In this document: piece by piece, positions 1 through 11,503 of the stretch
How the letters are laid out: each line of letters begins with the position of its first letter
How positions within the stretch are numbered: the first letter of the stretch is position 1
The notes under the pieces: generated by a model
What the model saw: only the letters and a program-made list of their open reading frames with translations
The model's database searches: none
What the model was told of the DNA's origin: nothing
Position numbers and translations under genes: made by a program
Source of the DNA: a virus
Reading direction: 5' to 3' (one strand)
Length of the DNA: 64,000 nucleotides
Virus record (IMG/VR): IMGVR_UViG_3300034071_001414
Coordinates: 1-64,000 of that record

Positions 1-427
1 ATGAGTTTCTCAAAGGTTCTAAAGCAAATCTACTTGCGGTAGGTAAAGAACGCATCTTGGAAGCAAGACGACTTGCGTTTAATCATATTGACGAACTACC
101 ACCTCATACATTAGAATGGGGACTTGCGTATATCTTTAGTTTTGCTGAATGGATACCTTATGATTGAACCAACCGACGAACAACTTGATGAACTTTGGGA
201 TGAGATTGGAGGTTATTACAATCTTTATCCCGAAGTTAGAAATACTATTCGTGAAGCACTCAATCGTTGGGGAAATGTGGAGATTGAAGAATGATTGACT
301 ATACCCTAATGGAACTGGAACTTATCTGTGAGGAAGTCGCAAAACTTCCAACAACCACAGATACTTCCTATGTGCCCCCCGATGTGTTAGAATTGGTGGA
401 ACAACGGATTTGGGATTATTGCTACAA

Positions 428-3400
428 ATGACTGAACTCCTTAAAACTCCAGTAAAATATGTGGTAGATATTCAAAATAAAAAGATTTCTCTTCATCAAG
501 AAGAGGACTTTGAAGTATTATCTTTCAATACCGTTGATGAGTTTATGTATGCTCTAACAGATATTCGCAAAACAAACAACATTATCTGGTATGTAATTCC
601 ACCAGGATTGATTGACCCCCCTATTAAGGTGAACTGAAATGACTAAACACGAGATTGTTGAAACAATTGGATTTTATATTTTTGTGGGATTGATGGGTTG
701 GGCACTTGTGTCTTTATTTCCTCTTACTTGGGGGCAGGCACTCATAATCTCTTGGATGTTTAACAAACTTATTGATGTATTAGAATGACTTCTATTCTCC
801 AACAATACACTCTTGAAGATTTTGTAAAATGTCGTAATCAAAAAGAGTGGGTTTGTGATAATTGTATGAAATGTGGTGATAGAGATTGTTGCTCTGGAAA
901 TCACATTATGTTTAGAGTTCCTAAAACTGATGATTGTCCTTGTTCTATTTGTATGAGTGGATTGAAATGAAACCCTTTTTGGGATAAAAAATGACTTACG
1001 AAGTTCAAACTTGGGATGACGCAGATAAAACTGTGTATTATGAAACCGTAAAGGATGCTATTGATTATGAGAGTGCTCGTGATATAATTGTAGAGAAGTA
1101 TCCAAATCGTAAAGTAATTGCTGTGATTAGAAAATGACTGAAAAAATAGGATATAAACTCAATCCAAAGAAACTCAAAGGAGCCCCTCAAGGTATTCTTC
1201 CTTATGTTGTTGGTGCTTTTTATTACACCGAAGATTTTGAGTATTTTGATGTAATCAAACCATACTTGGATATTCCAGAGAAACCCAAAACTCTGGATGA
1301 AATCACACAAGAATTTGATGAGAAGATTGATAAACTGATTGAGACAACAAAAGAAAAGTTTGAGTGCTCCAAATATTTTGCTGGAAAAAGGTACAATCAA
1401 AAGTTTGATAAGATTATTGAGAACTTTGAGTATGCTCGTAAAAATGAATGTTTTCCACAAAAACTTACTCTTGATTACTCCAAGTTTTGTGCGACTGGTA
1501 GTTCTGTGGAAACCTCTTTTGTAATCAAACAAGGAAATAACCACGAAGGTTATTATACGATTGGAAATGGTTATTTAAGGTTCTATATGCCGACTAAACC
1601 AAATGCTATTACTCGTTGGTTTATGAATAAATGTCTTTCTATTAGATGGGTGGATGAGAAAAATGACTAAACTATCAGCAGCAGACCTTATGGTAATTCA
1701 TAACACTCTTTATAAAAGTTTGAGTGTCGTTGGAAATAGTATTTGGACACAAGAAACCAGAGAAAGAGTTATGGATAAGGTGTCTATTATTATGGAACAA
1801 ATGAACGCAGAAGTTGTCTGTGGTGATGTAGAACCTATTGTAGTGAGTGGAGATTTGGGAGGATGACCCACCCATCTTATTGTTGTCCTAAATGTGGAGA
1901 TATGATAGGATGGACTGGAAGGTTCTTTCAGTTTCTTCGTATTCCATTACATCGGTGTAAGGACACTTGACGAACTGGCACAGGGGACGCTCTGGGTGCC
2001 TCTGTGGGTGGTATGATACTCTCATACACAAAGGAACTCCAAATGTTTGATGCCTTTACTGATTATCCCATTCCATCTTATGGTGATGTTGCGGGAGAAA
2101 AAGCACCTATTCGTAGAGCAAAAATCCTGACTTATGATGGAAATAAGTATTGTGATGTGCTTGTCTATCAAGTAGATGAAGATGGAGATTTGAGGGGAAC
2201 TGTTGTTAATTTTAAGCAGTTTTATCTTTATAAAAATGAAGCACGACTTGATGATGGCATTCCATTCACCTATGCAGAACTGGAAACTCTTCCTTTGACT
2301 GAAATAAGTTCTCCTCATTCCATTTGATATAATACTCTCATACACACAGATACCTGATGACTGAACAAGAACTTATTGAACTCTGGGGTGATGGAACCCA
2401 GTTTGGAATGAATACTCTTGGTGCTGGTGTTATGACTGGTGCTATGAATAATGCCTTTCGTGAGGTTGCTGTAAAGTTTGCTCTTGTAGTTGCTGATAAA
2501 GCATATGGTATTGGTTATGATATTGGGGCAGGTGATGAGTATGATAGGGGATATGTTGATGGTGTGGAAAGTGTAAGGTCTGGTGTTCTTGGAGATTGAA
2601 ATGACTGAACTTGAACTTGGGCAAATGTTATGTGGAAATGCCACAGAGGAATATAGTGTTCCTCGTGAGAAGTGGATGGGTGGTCCATTCCAAATCCTGA
2701 TTGATGCGATCACAGAAAATACAGGAGAAAAAGATTATGGATACACTCCACATTTCTCCAACGACTTCTTTATCATCCGTCCTTATTATTGGGGTGATGA
2801 AGAAGATGAAATGGATAAACCTAACTTTCAAATCCCAAGTGAAAACTTCCGTTTGACTTGGTATAAGTATCCTTTTAGGAGTTCTTATGCGAGTGAGAAA
2901 CTTACTCCAAAGAGGTGGAATGACCTGATTCAAAAATGTATTAAAAGTTTGGAAGAATGACTAACAAACTAAAATTCACACAAGTATCCAGAGTCATCTG
3001 CCCCAAGACTGGTGTTCATTATCTTGATGCGATTGATGAAAATGGAATACACTGGGTTGCTCAACAAGAAATTGGTGTGGAACGGTGGATTACTTATAAG
3101 GAAACTTGGAAAAGAGACCCTCAACAACCTTTGGACTTATGACTCATCCTACGAAAGATTGGGACTTTGATGATACAATTGAAGAAGCATTTCAGGAATG
3201 GTTTAATGACCTTAATGGTGGTTTTGCATTTTGTAGTGAATATTTTTTCGGTGATTGTGAAGTTGAGGATGTGAATACTCGTAAGGATTTGATGTATAAG
3301 TGGTTGCACTCTGCGTTTGTTGTGGGGTATAATATGGGAAGAATGGAAGGACTTGAAGTAGGACTGACGAACAATGACTGAAATTGAACTGGTAAAACAA

Positions 3401-3874
3401 GAAATCAAAATGCTCCAATCCAAACTCTCATTTTTGGAAGAACTGGAAAAGACAAAAACACCAGTAGAAGAAGCATACAAAGATTGGTGGGGACAATATC
3501 CTGAATTGGAAACTGATTCCAAGTATGATGATATGAGATGGAGGGGTTTCCAAGCAGGTTTTCAGGCAGCATACGAAGAGAAGGTAAGAGAAGATGATTA
3601 TTATAATGAAGTAAAGTGTGATGAGAAAGATAATCCAAAACCTTTGGATGATGTGGTGAATAGGTTGGTGAAAAAATATCAAGCACAAAAGCTTTTTAAT
3701 AGATTGGTAGATGAACTTGTTTTTGATTTTGATACCTGTAATGATATTGTAGATTTGGTGGAGGACTGGATTTTGGATGAACAAAATTCTGACGGTTCAC
3801 AGAATGTGAACACTGAACTTCTTGTGGAGGGATTTAATGATGCAATACGCAAAATGAAGGAGATGTTGAGGTAA
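428..3874 (+). CDS. Cluster of ~11 short hypothetical early phage genes (e.g. 428-637, 785-970, 1134-1670, 1663-1866, 2043-2327, 2357-2599, 2601-2960, 2957-3142, 3139-3381, 3374-3874)
   Basis: Tightly packed co-oriented ORFs, many with overlapping stop/start (ATGA); no recognisable functional motifs. Confidence 0.7.
1961..2030 (+). promoter_or_regulatory. Early promoter, family B (GGACACTT-N4-AACTGGCAC box, hairpin, TG-extended TATGAT, leader ACTCTCATACACA)
   Basis: GGACACTTGACGAACTGGCAC at 1961; -10 TATGAT 2012-2017; same leader after TATAAT at 2328 and 4733. Confidence 0.65.
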
Positions 3875-3981
3875 TAAATAATAGTGTCTGTTTGGACGGC
3901 AATCTCTACAGACAAAAGATTAGGTGCTCTTATGGGCACCTTTTCTACTATAAATAATAATGCCGTCCAAATAGAATAGAA
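3873..3981 (+). ncRNA. Putative antisense sRNA cassette 1 (late promoter, stem-loop, terminator, late promoter)
   Basis: AATAAATA 3873-3880; stem TGTCTGT/ACAGACA; TTTGGACGGCA 3891-3901 complementary to TGCCGTCCAAA 3961-3971; terminator AGGTGCTC-ttat-GGGCACCT-TTT; TATAAATA 3949-3956. Confidence 0.6.
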
Positions 3982-4680
3982 ATGAATTATCTAAAGGTTT
4001 ATTGTAACCTCATAAGGAAAGCGGAGAATAGAACTCTTCCTGAAGGTTACACGGAAAAACACCATACCTTTCCAGTAAGTATATTTGGAAAAAATAAAAG
4101 AATTGTAGTTCTTTCTGGTAGAGAACACTATATTGCTCACGCATTATTAGAAAAGATTTGTATAAAAAGGTATGGATTACATCATTATAAAACACACAAA
4201 ATGATAAAAGCATTTTGGTGTATGAATAATCAAATGAAAGAAAGTAGATATGTTAATTCTCATTTATATGAAAGTTCTAAAAAAATATATACTGAAACTA
4301 TAAAAGGTGAAAATCATCATTTTTATGGTAAAAAACATTCATTAGAAACTAAAAGAAAGATTAGTAGACGAGGAGAAAAAAGTCCAAATTATGGTAGAAA
4401 GGCATCAATAGAAACAAGGCAAAAATTAAGTGAAATGCGTAAAGGAAGACCTGGAACATTTGGATTTAGAGGAAAACAACATACAGAAGAACATAAACAA
4501 AAAATGAGAGAACAAAGAGAAGTTAAATCTTTTTGTGTGATTAGTCCTACTGGGGAAATTATTTTTGATAAAAATATGAAGGAATTTTGTAGAAAAAATA
4601 ATTTAGATAGAGGGCATTTTTCTTGTGTTTTAAGTGGAAAAAGAAAATCGCATAAAGGATTTCGTCTTTATCCTGGTTAA
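3982..4680 (+). CDS. HNH homing endonuclease (MobE-like N-terminus, NUMOD3-type repeats)
   Basis: YTEKHH...LSGREHYIAH motif; HHFYGKKHSLETKRKIS and GKQHTEEHKQKM repeats; C-terminal SGKRKSHKGF; AT-rich, late promoter upstream. Confidence 0.85.
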   Translation: MNYLKVYCNLIRKAENRTLPEGYTEKHHTFPVSIFGKNKRIVVLSGREHYIAHALLEKICIKRYGLHHYKTHKMIKAFWCMNNQMKESRYVNSHLYESSKKIYTETIKGENHHFYGKKHSLETKRKISRRGEKSPNYGRKASIETRQKLSEMRKGRPGTFGFRGKQHTEEHKQKMREQREVKSFCVISPTGEIIFDKNMKEFCRKNNLDRGHFSCVLSGKRKSHKGFRLYPG

Positions 4681-4751
4681 GGACACTTAAAGAACTGGTA
4701 CAGAGGCACTTGAAACAGAGTGCCTTTTGTTGTATAATACTCTCATACACA
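4681..4751 (+). promoter_or_regulatory. Early promoter, family B, with -35 inside a hairpin
   Basis: GGACACTTAAAGAACTGGTAC, then AGGCACT/AGTGCCT stem containing TTGAAA, 17-nt spacer, TATAAT. Confidence 0.75.
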
Positions 4752-4764
4752 AAGACACCTCTTG

Positions 4765-7700
4765 ATGACTGAAGACCAAATCAAAATGCTTCGTTTCTTA
4801 ATTCAACAAGAAATTGAAATTGCTCAAATTGATGGTATGGAACACGGTGTTTGGGGTTGGGCAGAAAAACAAGCAGATGAAAATTGGAAGAAGTTTCGGG
4901 AGAGTTTTAATGACTGAAGAAGATAAGTATGCTCTCAAAGAGTTTCTCCGTGCTGTTGGTGTTACTGCTGGTGTCTTTGTTGTCTTTGGTATAATCTTTC
5001 TTGTGATTATTAATCTTTCCACAGGTGGTGATAAACCACTGAATTCTTCATCATTTGAAGTGGTTGATAAGTACAAAGAATGCGATGTAGTAAGATATGC
5101 ACCGCACCAAGTTGCCGAGTACAAGTATTTCCTGTATTGTGAGAAGAACAAATGAACGATGATATGCCTTGGGTTAATCTCACACAAGAGGAAGTAGAAG
5201 AACTCCGCAAACAAAAATACGAACTGACTGAATACGCCAAAGAGAAACTGAGGAAACTTATGAACAAACCTATTGAAGCAAAAGTATCTGAAGAAGATTA
5301 CCAGAAAGTTCTGGATCTCATGAACAATCAAGAACCTTATCCAGATGCAATGTTTGAGGAAGCAGAGCGTCGTGAAAAGAGTAATCGTGTTCTTCAACGA
5401 TATAATGACTTTCACAATCTTGAAACTTCTGGACTTCCTCACGGCACACCAATCACACCAGAGCATCAACAGATTATTGCAATGGAAAGTATGATTGATG
5501 CTATTCGTTGTGAATATCTCAATCGGGAGTATAATCATATTGCGATTGAGATATTGAGGATTTGATTGAACGACTTCGTGAGCAAGCAGATGAGTATCTT
5601 GAAAGAGTGAGGAAGAATAATGAGCGATAAACCATTCTATCGTTTCTTTGCGATTGATTATTGTGCAACTGGTGAAGGTCGTTCATTCTGGTTGAAGATC
5701 TGTCGCAACTATCAAAGAGTTGATGATAGAGACCGTGAATATGAAAAGTTCGTAAAGTTTGTTGATTGTGATCATTATATGCACGGATTTGATGAACTGA
5801 CGGAGAGAGAGTTTCTGGACAAATATACAAGGTTCATTCCCTATTTTGTCGCAGAAATGATGCAAAGGAAAGACCAACCAGCATTCACTTGGGAAACTCA
5901 TTTACACTTCAATTACTCATGAACCTCACATACAGACAACTGATTTTCTTGACAACGGCACTCACAGTGTTTTATGATGAGGTCGCAAAGACTTCTACTC
6001 CTGAAATGAAACAGGAACTCATGGAACTTGGTGAGATTATTCAATCTGCTGCGATGAAAGCAAAATGAAACTCTGTAAAGATTGTAAGTATTATCGTAAG
6101 GATTGGGGATCTCATATTTTCCATAGAACTGATTATTGGGATGTTTGTGTTCGTCCCGACCAGGAAAATCCTGTGAGTGGAGGAACAAAAGCACATCGTT
6201 GTGGATATGAAAGAATGTATGATATGTGTTGTGGTCCTGATGGTAAGTTCTGGGAGGCAAAATGAAAGCATTTAAAATATGTTTTGAGTTGTGGAAACAA
6301 CTGATGACTTATGATGGTCGTGACCCTGAATGGGACTTTGAAGATTATCAAGGTATTTTTTGGGATTATCTAAACTACTCTTACATTAGAACAGAGTGGA
6401 GTATCAAGAGTGAATGGAAGTGGAAAAAATGACTAAACTAATAAGGTGGGAAGAAAACCCTGATGAAATTGTGCTGGAAGAAGTGAAGTTGTTTCACCTG
6501 GAGAGTATGAATGAACGAGCACTGTGGATTGGTGTTTATGGCAAGGATGGTAAGATCTACCACTTGAATATTTCTGCAGATGGTGATAGACTGAGGTACT
6601 ATTGGAGCGATGAAACAGTATGACCTGGAAAGAATACTGGCAGATGACAAAATGGGAATGGTTTATTGAGGGTTTCCGCAATATTGAGTATATCATTGAT
6701 TGTCGTGTTACTATGAATCATTTTGGATATGATGACTTCTGGGAGGCACTTTCTTGGGGTTGGTGTTGCGAATACATCTATCCTTATGATGATCCATACA
6801 ATCCATACATATCAAAAGAACGCAAACTACGATTGGGAAGATGGTCTTAATAAACAAATTGATAATCTCCAATAGATTTCTCCGTTATCGTCCCATATGG
6901 TGGTGGTATAGGTTGATTTCTCACGAAGGATTTAGATTTGATGATTACCATATTTGGGGAGAGTTTTGGAGTTCTCTGAATGGTGGATGGTTGGATATGA
7001 ACTATCAGTGGGAGTTTGAAAAGTTCTGGGGTAAGGGAGCAAAACCTGAGCGTATTGTACTTCCTGCAAAGGACTTTGATGCTCTTGTAGAACGATTGAA
7101 TCAACCACCAGACCCTAAAGTAGTGGAAAGATTGAAAGAGATTATGTCCAAAAAAGCACCTTGGGATGATGACAGAGAAATCTAAAATCTTTTATAACAT
7201 CTGGTGTTGTGCATATCAGCGCCGATATTTGTATAGGGGGACACCAAGAGAACAGAGAGAGCATAGCACAATTCGTATGTGCCTAGATATGAAAGACGTT
7301 AAGTTCTACCAGTTTGATAAGGAGAAACCGCGATATGTTTAGCAAGCCACTTCTGGGAACAAATGCAAAGAAAACCAAACTGTCTTGGTTTGAATACATT
7401 TGGCACTCCTGTATCATTCAGGGGTGGTATAATTGTTGGTATGCTTTCAAGAATTGGGGAGACTTGATGGGAGACAACTATCAAGAGTATGCTCTTCTTG
7501 TATCTGATGATCCATTGGAACAGTGTATTCTTTACTTCTGGGATAGTTTGGAAGATGAGATTTATCCCAAACATTTCTTAGAAAGTTTACTTCAAATGGT
7601 TGATGATATTGAAACTGGTAAAGAAAAAGTAGTCCCACTTGATAAGGATTTCTTTGATAGAATGAAAGAACTTGTTAGGGATATTGAAGTAGATCTTGAC

Positions 7701-9735
7701 GAAAAGTTAGAGGAAGACGATGGGACTTTATGATGAAATTCGTTCTTCTTATGACCTGGGAGAACAATTTACCAATGTAGAAATGCAAACCAAAGGCCTT
7801 GCTTGTGCAATGTGTCGTTATTGGATTTCTCCTGATGGTTCTTTGTATGAAATAACCCATAGGGAAACTCATACATTTGAAACTATTGAAGAGGACGATG
7901 AACGTTATGATCCCAAAAAGTTATTCTTGAATTTTGAGTGGATTCCAACAGGAAAACATGGTAAAGTAGAGCCGTGCTATATTACTGATTATGTTGAGGT
8001 TTATCCTACAACTGGCCAGTGGGAGGATTGGCCTCGATTGAAATTACACTTCAAACTTGGAAAACTTATTGATTATGAAGACATCACAGGACAACATTGA
8101 ACTATTTCCTTATGAGTCTTTTGGTGTAAGACTAGAACACATAAATGAAAAAAGAGTCTGTTGGTTTAAGGATGATTATGACTTGCAAAAATATCTAGAA
8201 AGATATAAACTGGACAAGAGAACTATTAAGATTGATTATCGTGATGGACAACCCACTCAACCCAGTAAAAAACACAAGAGAGATTTGGAGCAAAAACCTG
8301 AACCAAAAAGTAACAGAGGTTCAGGTACAAGTAAAGGACGAACCACCCGCTTGGATTCCTCTTCAAACTCTGCTGGCGCTACAAAACGCAAGAAAAAATG
8401 ACATCTAAAACTAATTTAATCTTTGCTCTCATGCAAATTGATAATCTCACAAGTCTTCTAGAGGGGAATGAGTACCAAGACTTTCTGTATAGCAAACTGA
8501 TCTCTGCGAGAATAGAATTACAAAGACAATTAAATCATTATGGAACAACAACTAATTGATGAAGCATTTTATGTGGAAGAAAAAAAATATGGATTGTGGC
8601 AATCACATTATCCTGACGGTAAAGGTATTATCACTTCACTGACTGAAGAAGAATGCGTGAGAGCAACACGTTGGTATTTAAAACAAAAACAAGAGGGTGC
8701 ATTTGACAACGCATCCGAAAAAACTTACGATTCATTTGTTGGAGGAAAACTTTAATGACACTACGCACTTTTACTGACAAAAATGGAAATGTTTGGAATT
8801 GGGAAGAATCTGCAGCAACTGTAGAAGCACTTAAAAACTTTCATGCAGGAAATTATGAGGGACCTCTATATGCTCCACACCCAGATTTGAATAATGAAAA
8901 TAAAACTAACACCCAATCAACAGATGTGGGCTAATATCTTTCAGTGTGCTGTTGAAAGGTCTAATCTTTATTTTCAAGATAAAGACCTTGATAGACATGC
9001 AAGAGAGCATACAACTGTTGTATTAGCACTTCAAAAAGGAGAGCAATTTTGGAAAGAACTACTCTAGAATATCCATATCATGTTCTTGATAAAACTACTC
9101 CTTGGTATGAGTGGTTATGTTATTGTGAAGTGTGCCATCAACTAAATGCTCCAAGACAACCATCTCTGGGGCGTTTTATGTCATATAGACGTTACTTAAA
9201 ATCTGTTGGACTTCTTGATAATGATTAGAAATTTTATTGAATGGTTTATTTCTCCCTCGGAAAAATTTGCAATTGAAGATGACGATGTTTATTCAAAATT
9301 GGTTGAATTGCAAGAACGTATTGAAATTCTTGAAGCAGAAAATATAGAGACAAGTAACTGTCTTTATGAACTTTCTAATTCTATCGATGCAGTTGATACT
9401 CGTATAGATATTCTAACTCTTGAAAAATGGAAAGATGGGAATGTATGAATTAGACTCATTTGAAACTGCTCTTGCACATTTTGGAACAAGAGTGGACATT
9501 ATCATAGCGATGGAAATGGGAGGCAAATTAGATGCTGACGCTGCTTACAAAAATATTAAAATGGAACTTAAAGAACTCAAGCGAGTTCGAAAGTCCATCA
9601 AGAAAGATAAGGATTTGTGATAAATGTGGAGTGAAAAAACCACTTGACAAAGACCACTATCAGGTTGTAAAATACTTCCGTGATGGTTTCTCCTATTATT
9701 GTCACGATTGTTCTAAACCTAAACCCAGAGATTGA
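4765..9735 (+). CDS. Cluster of short hypothetical early genes (e.g. 4765-4917, 4910-5155, 5152-5565, 5620-5922, 6065-6265, 6620-6850, 6841-7185, 7720-8100, 8540-8755)
   Basis: Contiguous co-oriented ORFs with overlapping stop/start codons. Confidence 0.65.
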
Positions 9736-9737
9736 TT

Positions 9738-10259
9738 ATGAACTTTGATTATAAAAAGTATTCGCTTGAAAATCTTGAGAATTGGATTCACGACGCAATC
9801 TCTTGTAGTGAAGCATCGCCGCAAGAGATTTATGATGTAATTAAAGGTGTGGTGGATGAAAACTATTACATTCATAAACTACATGCAAGTCGTTGTTATG
9901 AACTTCTTGCTCTTTTGAACGGTAATGGTAAAGGGCATATTCAAGCATATGATGACTATTTGAAGTCAGAAAATAAACTTGAATGTGATAAAGATGACCC
10001 ATCACCTGAATGTAAAAATGCTTGGGCAGATTTTTGGGAAGACGAACCTTATTCACTTCATGTGAGTGAAGATGGTGACATTTATCCAGTAAAAGATAAA
10101 GTTGTAAAGTGGCAACTTCCTGTAGAAGTTGATGGATCGAGTGGTGAATATTTCGTCACTTTCCCCGATGATCTTCTGGGAGCAGTAAATCTAAAAGAAG
10201 GTGACCAAGTAGAGTGGGTGGAACAAGGTGATGGTTCATACCTTTTGCGTAAAGTATGA
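9738..10259 (+). CDS. Hypothetical protein with C-terminal AbrB/MazE-like DNA-binding domain
   Basis: C-terminal GEYFVTFPDDLLGAVNLKEGDQVEWVEQGDGSYLLRKV fits the swapped-hairpin pattern. Confidence 0.6.
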   Translation: MNFDYKKYSLENLENWIHDAISCSEASPQEIYDVIKGVVDENYYIHKLHASRCYELLALLNGNGKGHIQAYDDYLKSENKLECDKDDPSPECKNAWADFWEDEPYSLHVSEDGDIYPVKDKVVKWQLPVEVDGSSGEYFVTFPDDLLGAVNLKEGDQVEWVEQGDGSYLLRKV

Positions 10260-10449
10260 TTGATTTTTTAGTTTGTGGATATAACATATTTTGCCATCTT
10301 GGCAATATTAATGATAATATGGTAAAATCTAAGTATCCACAAGATGTTGTTCAACTCTGTACTTACTTTGAGGAACAAAAAACACAATTACCAGATTATT
10401 GTTTTTATAAATCATCAATCAAACCACCAAGACATAGGAATGAATACTA

Positions 10450-10674
10450 ATGGCACTTTCTAAACAAACACTTGACAACTTATTGGAAGCAGAATCACAT
10501 CTTCGTGCTGCGATTAAGTCTGCTGCCACAAATGAAAAACCATTAGTAGTTAAACAACTGTCACAACTTCTTCTTGATATTGAACAATGTAAGAAGTTTG
10601 AGGAGATTATGGATATGCTAGAAGATAGGAAACCTGGAAGTCGTGGTAACTTTGGTCCCTTCTTTAATGATTAA
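10450..10674 (+). CDS. Hypothetical protein
   Basis: Clean 74-aa ORF coupled to the upstream stop. Confidence 0.6.
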   Translation: MALSKQTLDNLLEAESHLRAAIKSAATNEKPLVVKQLSQLLLDIEQCKKFEEIMDMLEDRKPGSRGNFGPFFND

Positions 10675-10925
10675 GAAGTGTAAAGCAATTCCAAAGACAT
10701 TCTTAAGAAGTCTTCACTTTGATAGATAAGATGTTAGGATAGCAACACAATAATTGTGAATTATGACTCTTTCATCGGGAAAACAAAATAAACTTAGTGA
10801 CGAAGAATGGAAAGAAATGGTAGCACTCAAAAATGCTATCAATGAAAGACCTGAGACAGTAATTCCTGAGAAGATGGAACAGTTTACTGAGTATCTTGTA
10901 AGAAGTATTAAGGAGATGGGCGGTT

Positions 10926-10975
10926 GATAAACTGTCACAAGGATGCTTGACTAGCATCCTTTTTTCATATATAAT
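10926..10975 (+). promoter_or_regulatory. Early promoter, family B / terminator-like hairpin
   Basis: AACTGTCAC box; GGATGCT/AGCATCC stem overlapping TTGACT, 17-nt spacer, TATAAT. Confidence 0.7.
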
Positions 10976-10997
10976 CTCTTAAGAATCAAAAAAATCA

Positions 10998-11405
10998 ATG
11001 TCTATCAAAGCAGTTTTACTTGCTAGTTTGATTGTAGCACCTATTCCTGCTTTTTCTCAACAAACAAATATCTATTCAGTTTGCACTAATTATCAAGAAA
11101 ACTACACTCCTGGATATTATGACCAATATGGCAATTATGTACAAGGGAGAGTAAATACTGAAAGATATAATGTTGAGTGTGGAACTGGTACATATTATCG
11201 ACCAAATGGTGGGGTACTATATCAGTCTCCAGTAAATACTCCTGTTCAACAACCTGGAAGATATTGTTCTCCCGCAAGAACAACTCTTGGTGGTCTTTTG
11301 GGGGGAGGAATTGCTGCTGCAGTATCTAAGAAAAATTCTTGGAGTTGGGCAATTCCTTTAGGTGCAGTTCTTGGAACTGGTGCTGCACAAGTAGGTTGTT
11401 ATTGA
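10998..11405 (+). CDS. Signal-peptide protein with C-terminal glycine-zipper membrane segments
   Basis: MSIKAVLLASLIVAPIPAFS signal-like; LGGLLGGGIAAAV...IPLGAVLGTG. Confidence 0.65.
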   Translation: MSIKAVLLASLIVAPIPAFSQQTNIYSVCTNYQENYTPGYYDQYGNYVQGRVNTERYNVECGTGTYYRPNGGVLYQSPVNTPVQQPGRYCSPARTTLGGLLGGGIAAAVSKKNSWSWAIPLGAVLGTGAAQVGCY

Positions 11406-11408
11406 TAG

Positions 11409-11503
11409 TTGACAATTTTATTTTTTTAGTTTATACTAAATATGCTCTGATAAAGCAAACCATTACACGCTTTATCACTCCAAACCATTATTCGGAGCAA
11501 ATT
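11409..11503 (+). promoter_or_regulatory. Sigma70 promoter overlapping a late-type box, followed by a twin-hairpin 5' leader
   Basis: TTGACA 11409-11414, 17 nt, TATACT 11432-11437; CTAAATA 11436-11442; two hairpins with AAACCATTA loops. Confidence 0.7.

Noticed and set aside
4814-4909. N-terminal extension of ORF 4814-5155
   Set aside because: Better explained by a separate ORF 4765-4917 and a start at 4910
11339-11503. N-terminal 55 aa of the 515-aa ORF call
   Set aside because: Overlaps the previous gene, the promoter and the structured leader; ATG 11504 has an SD
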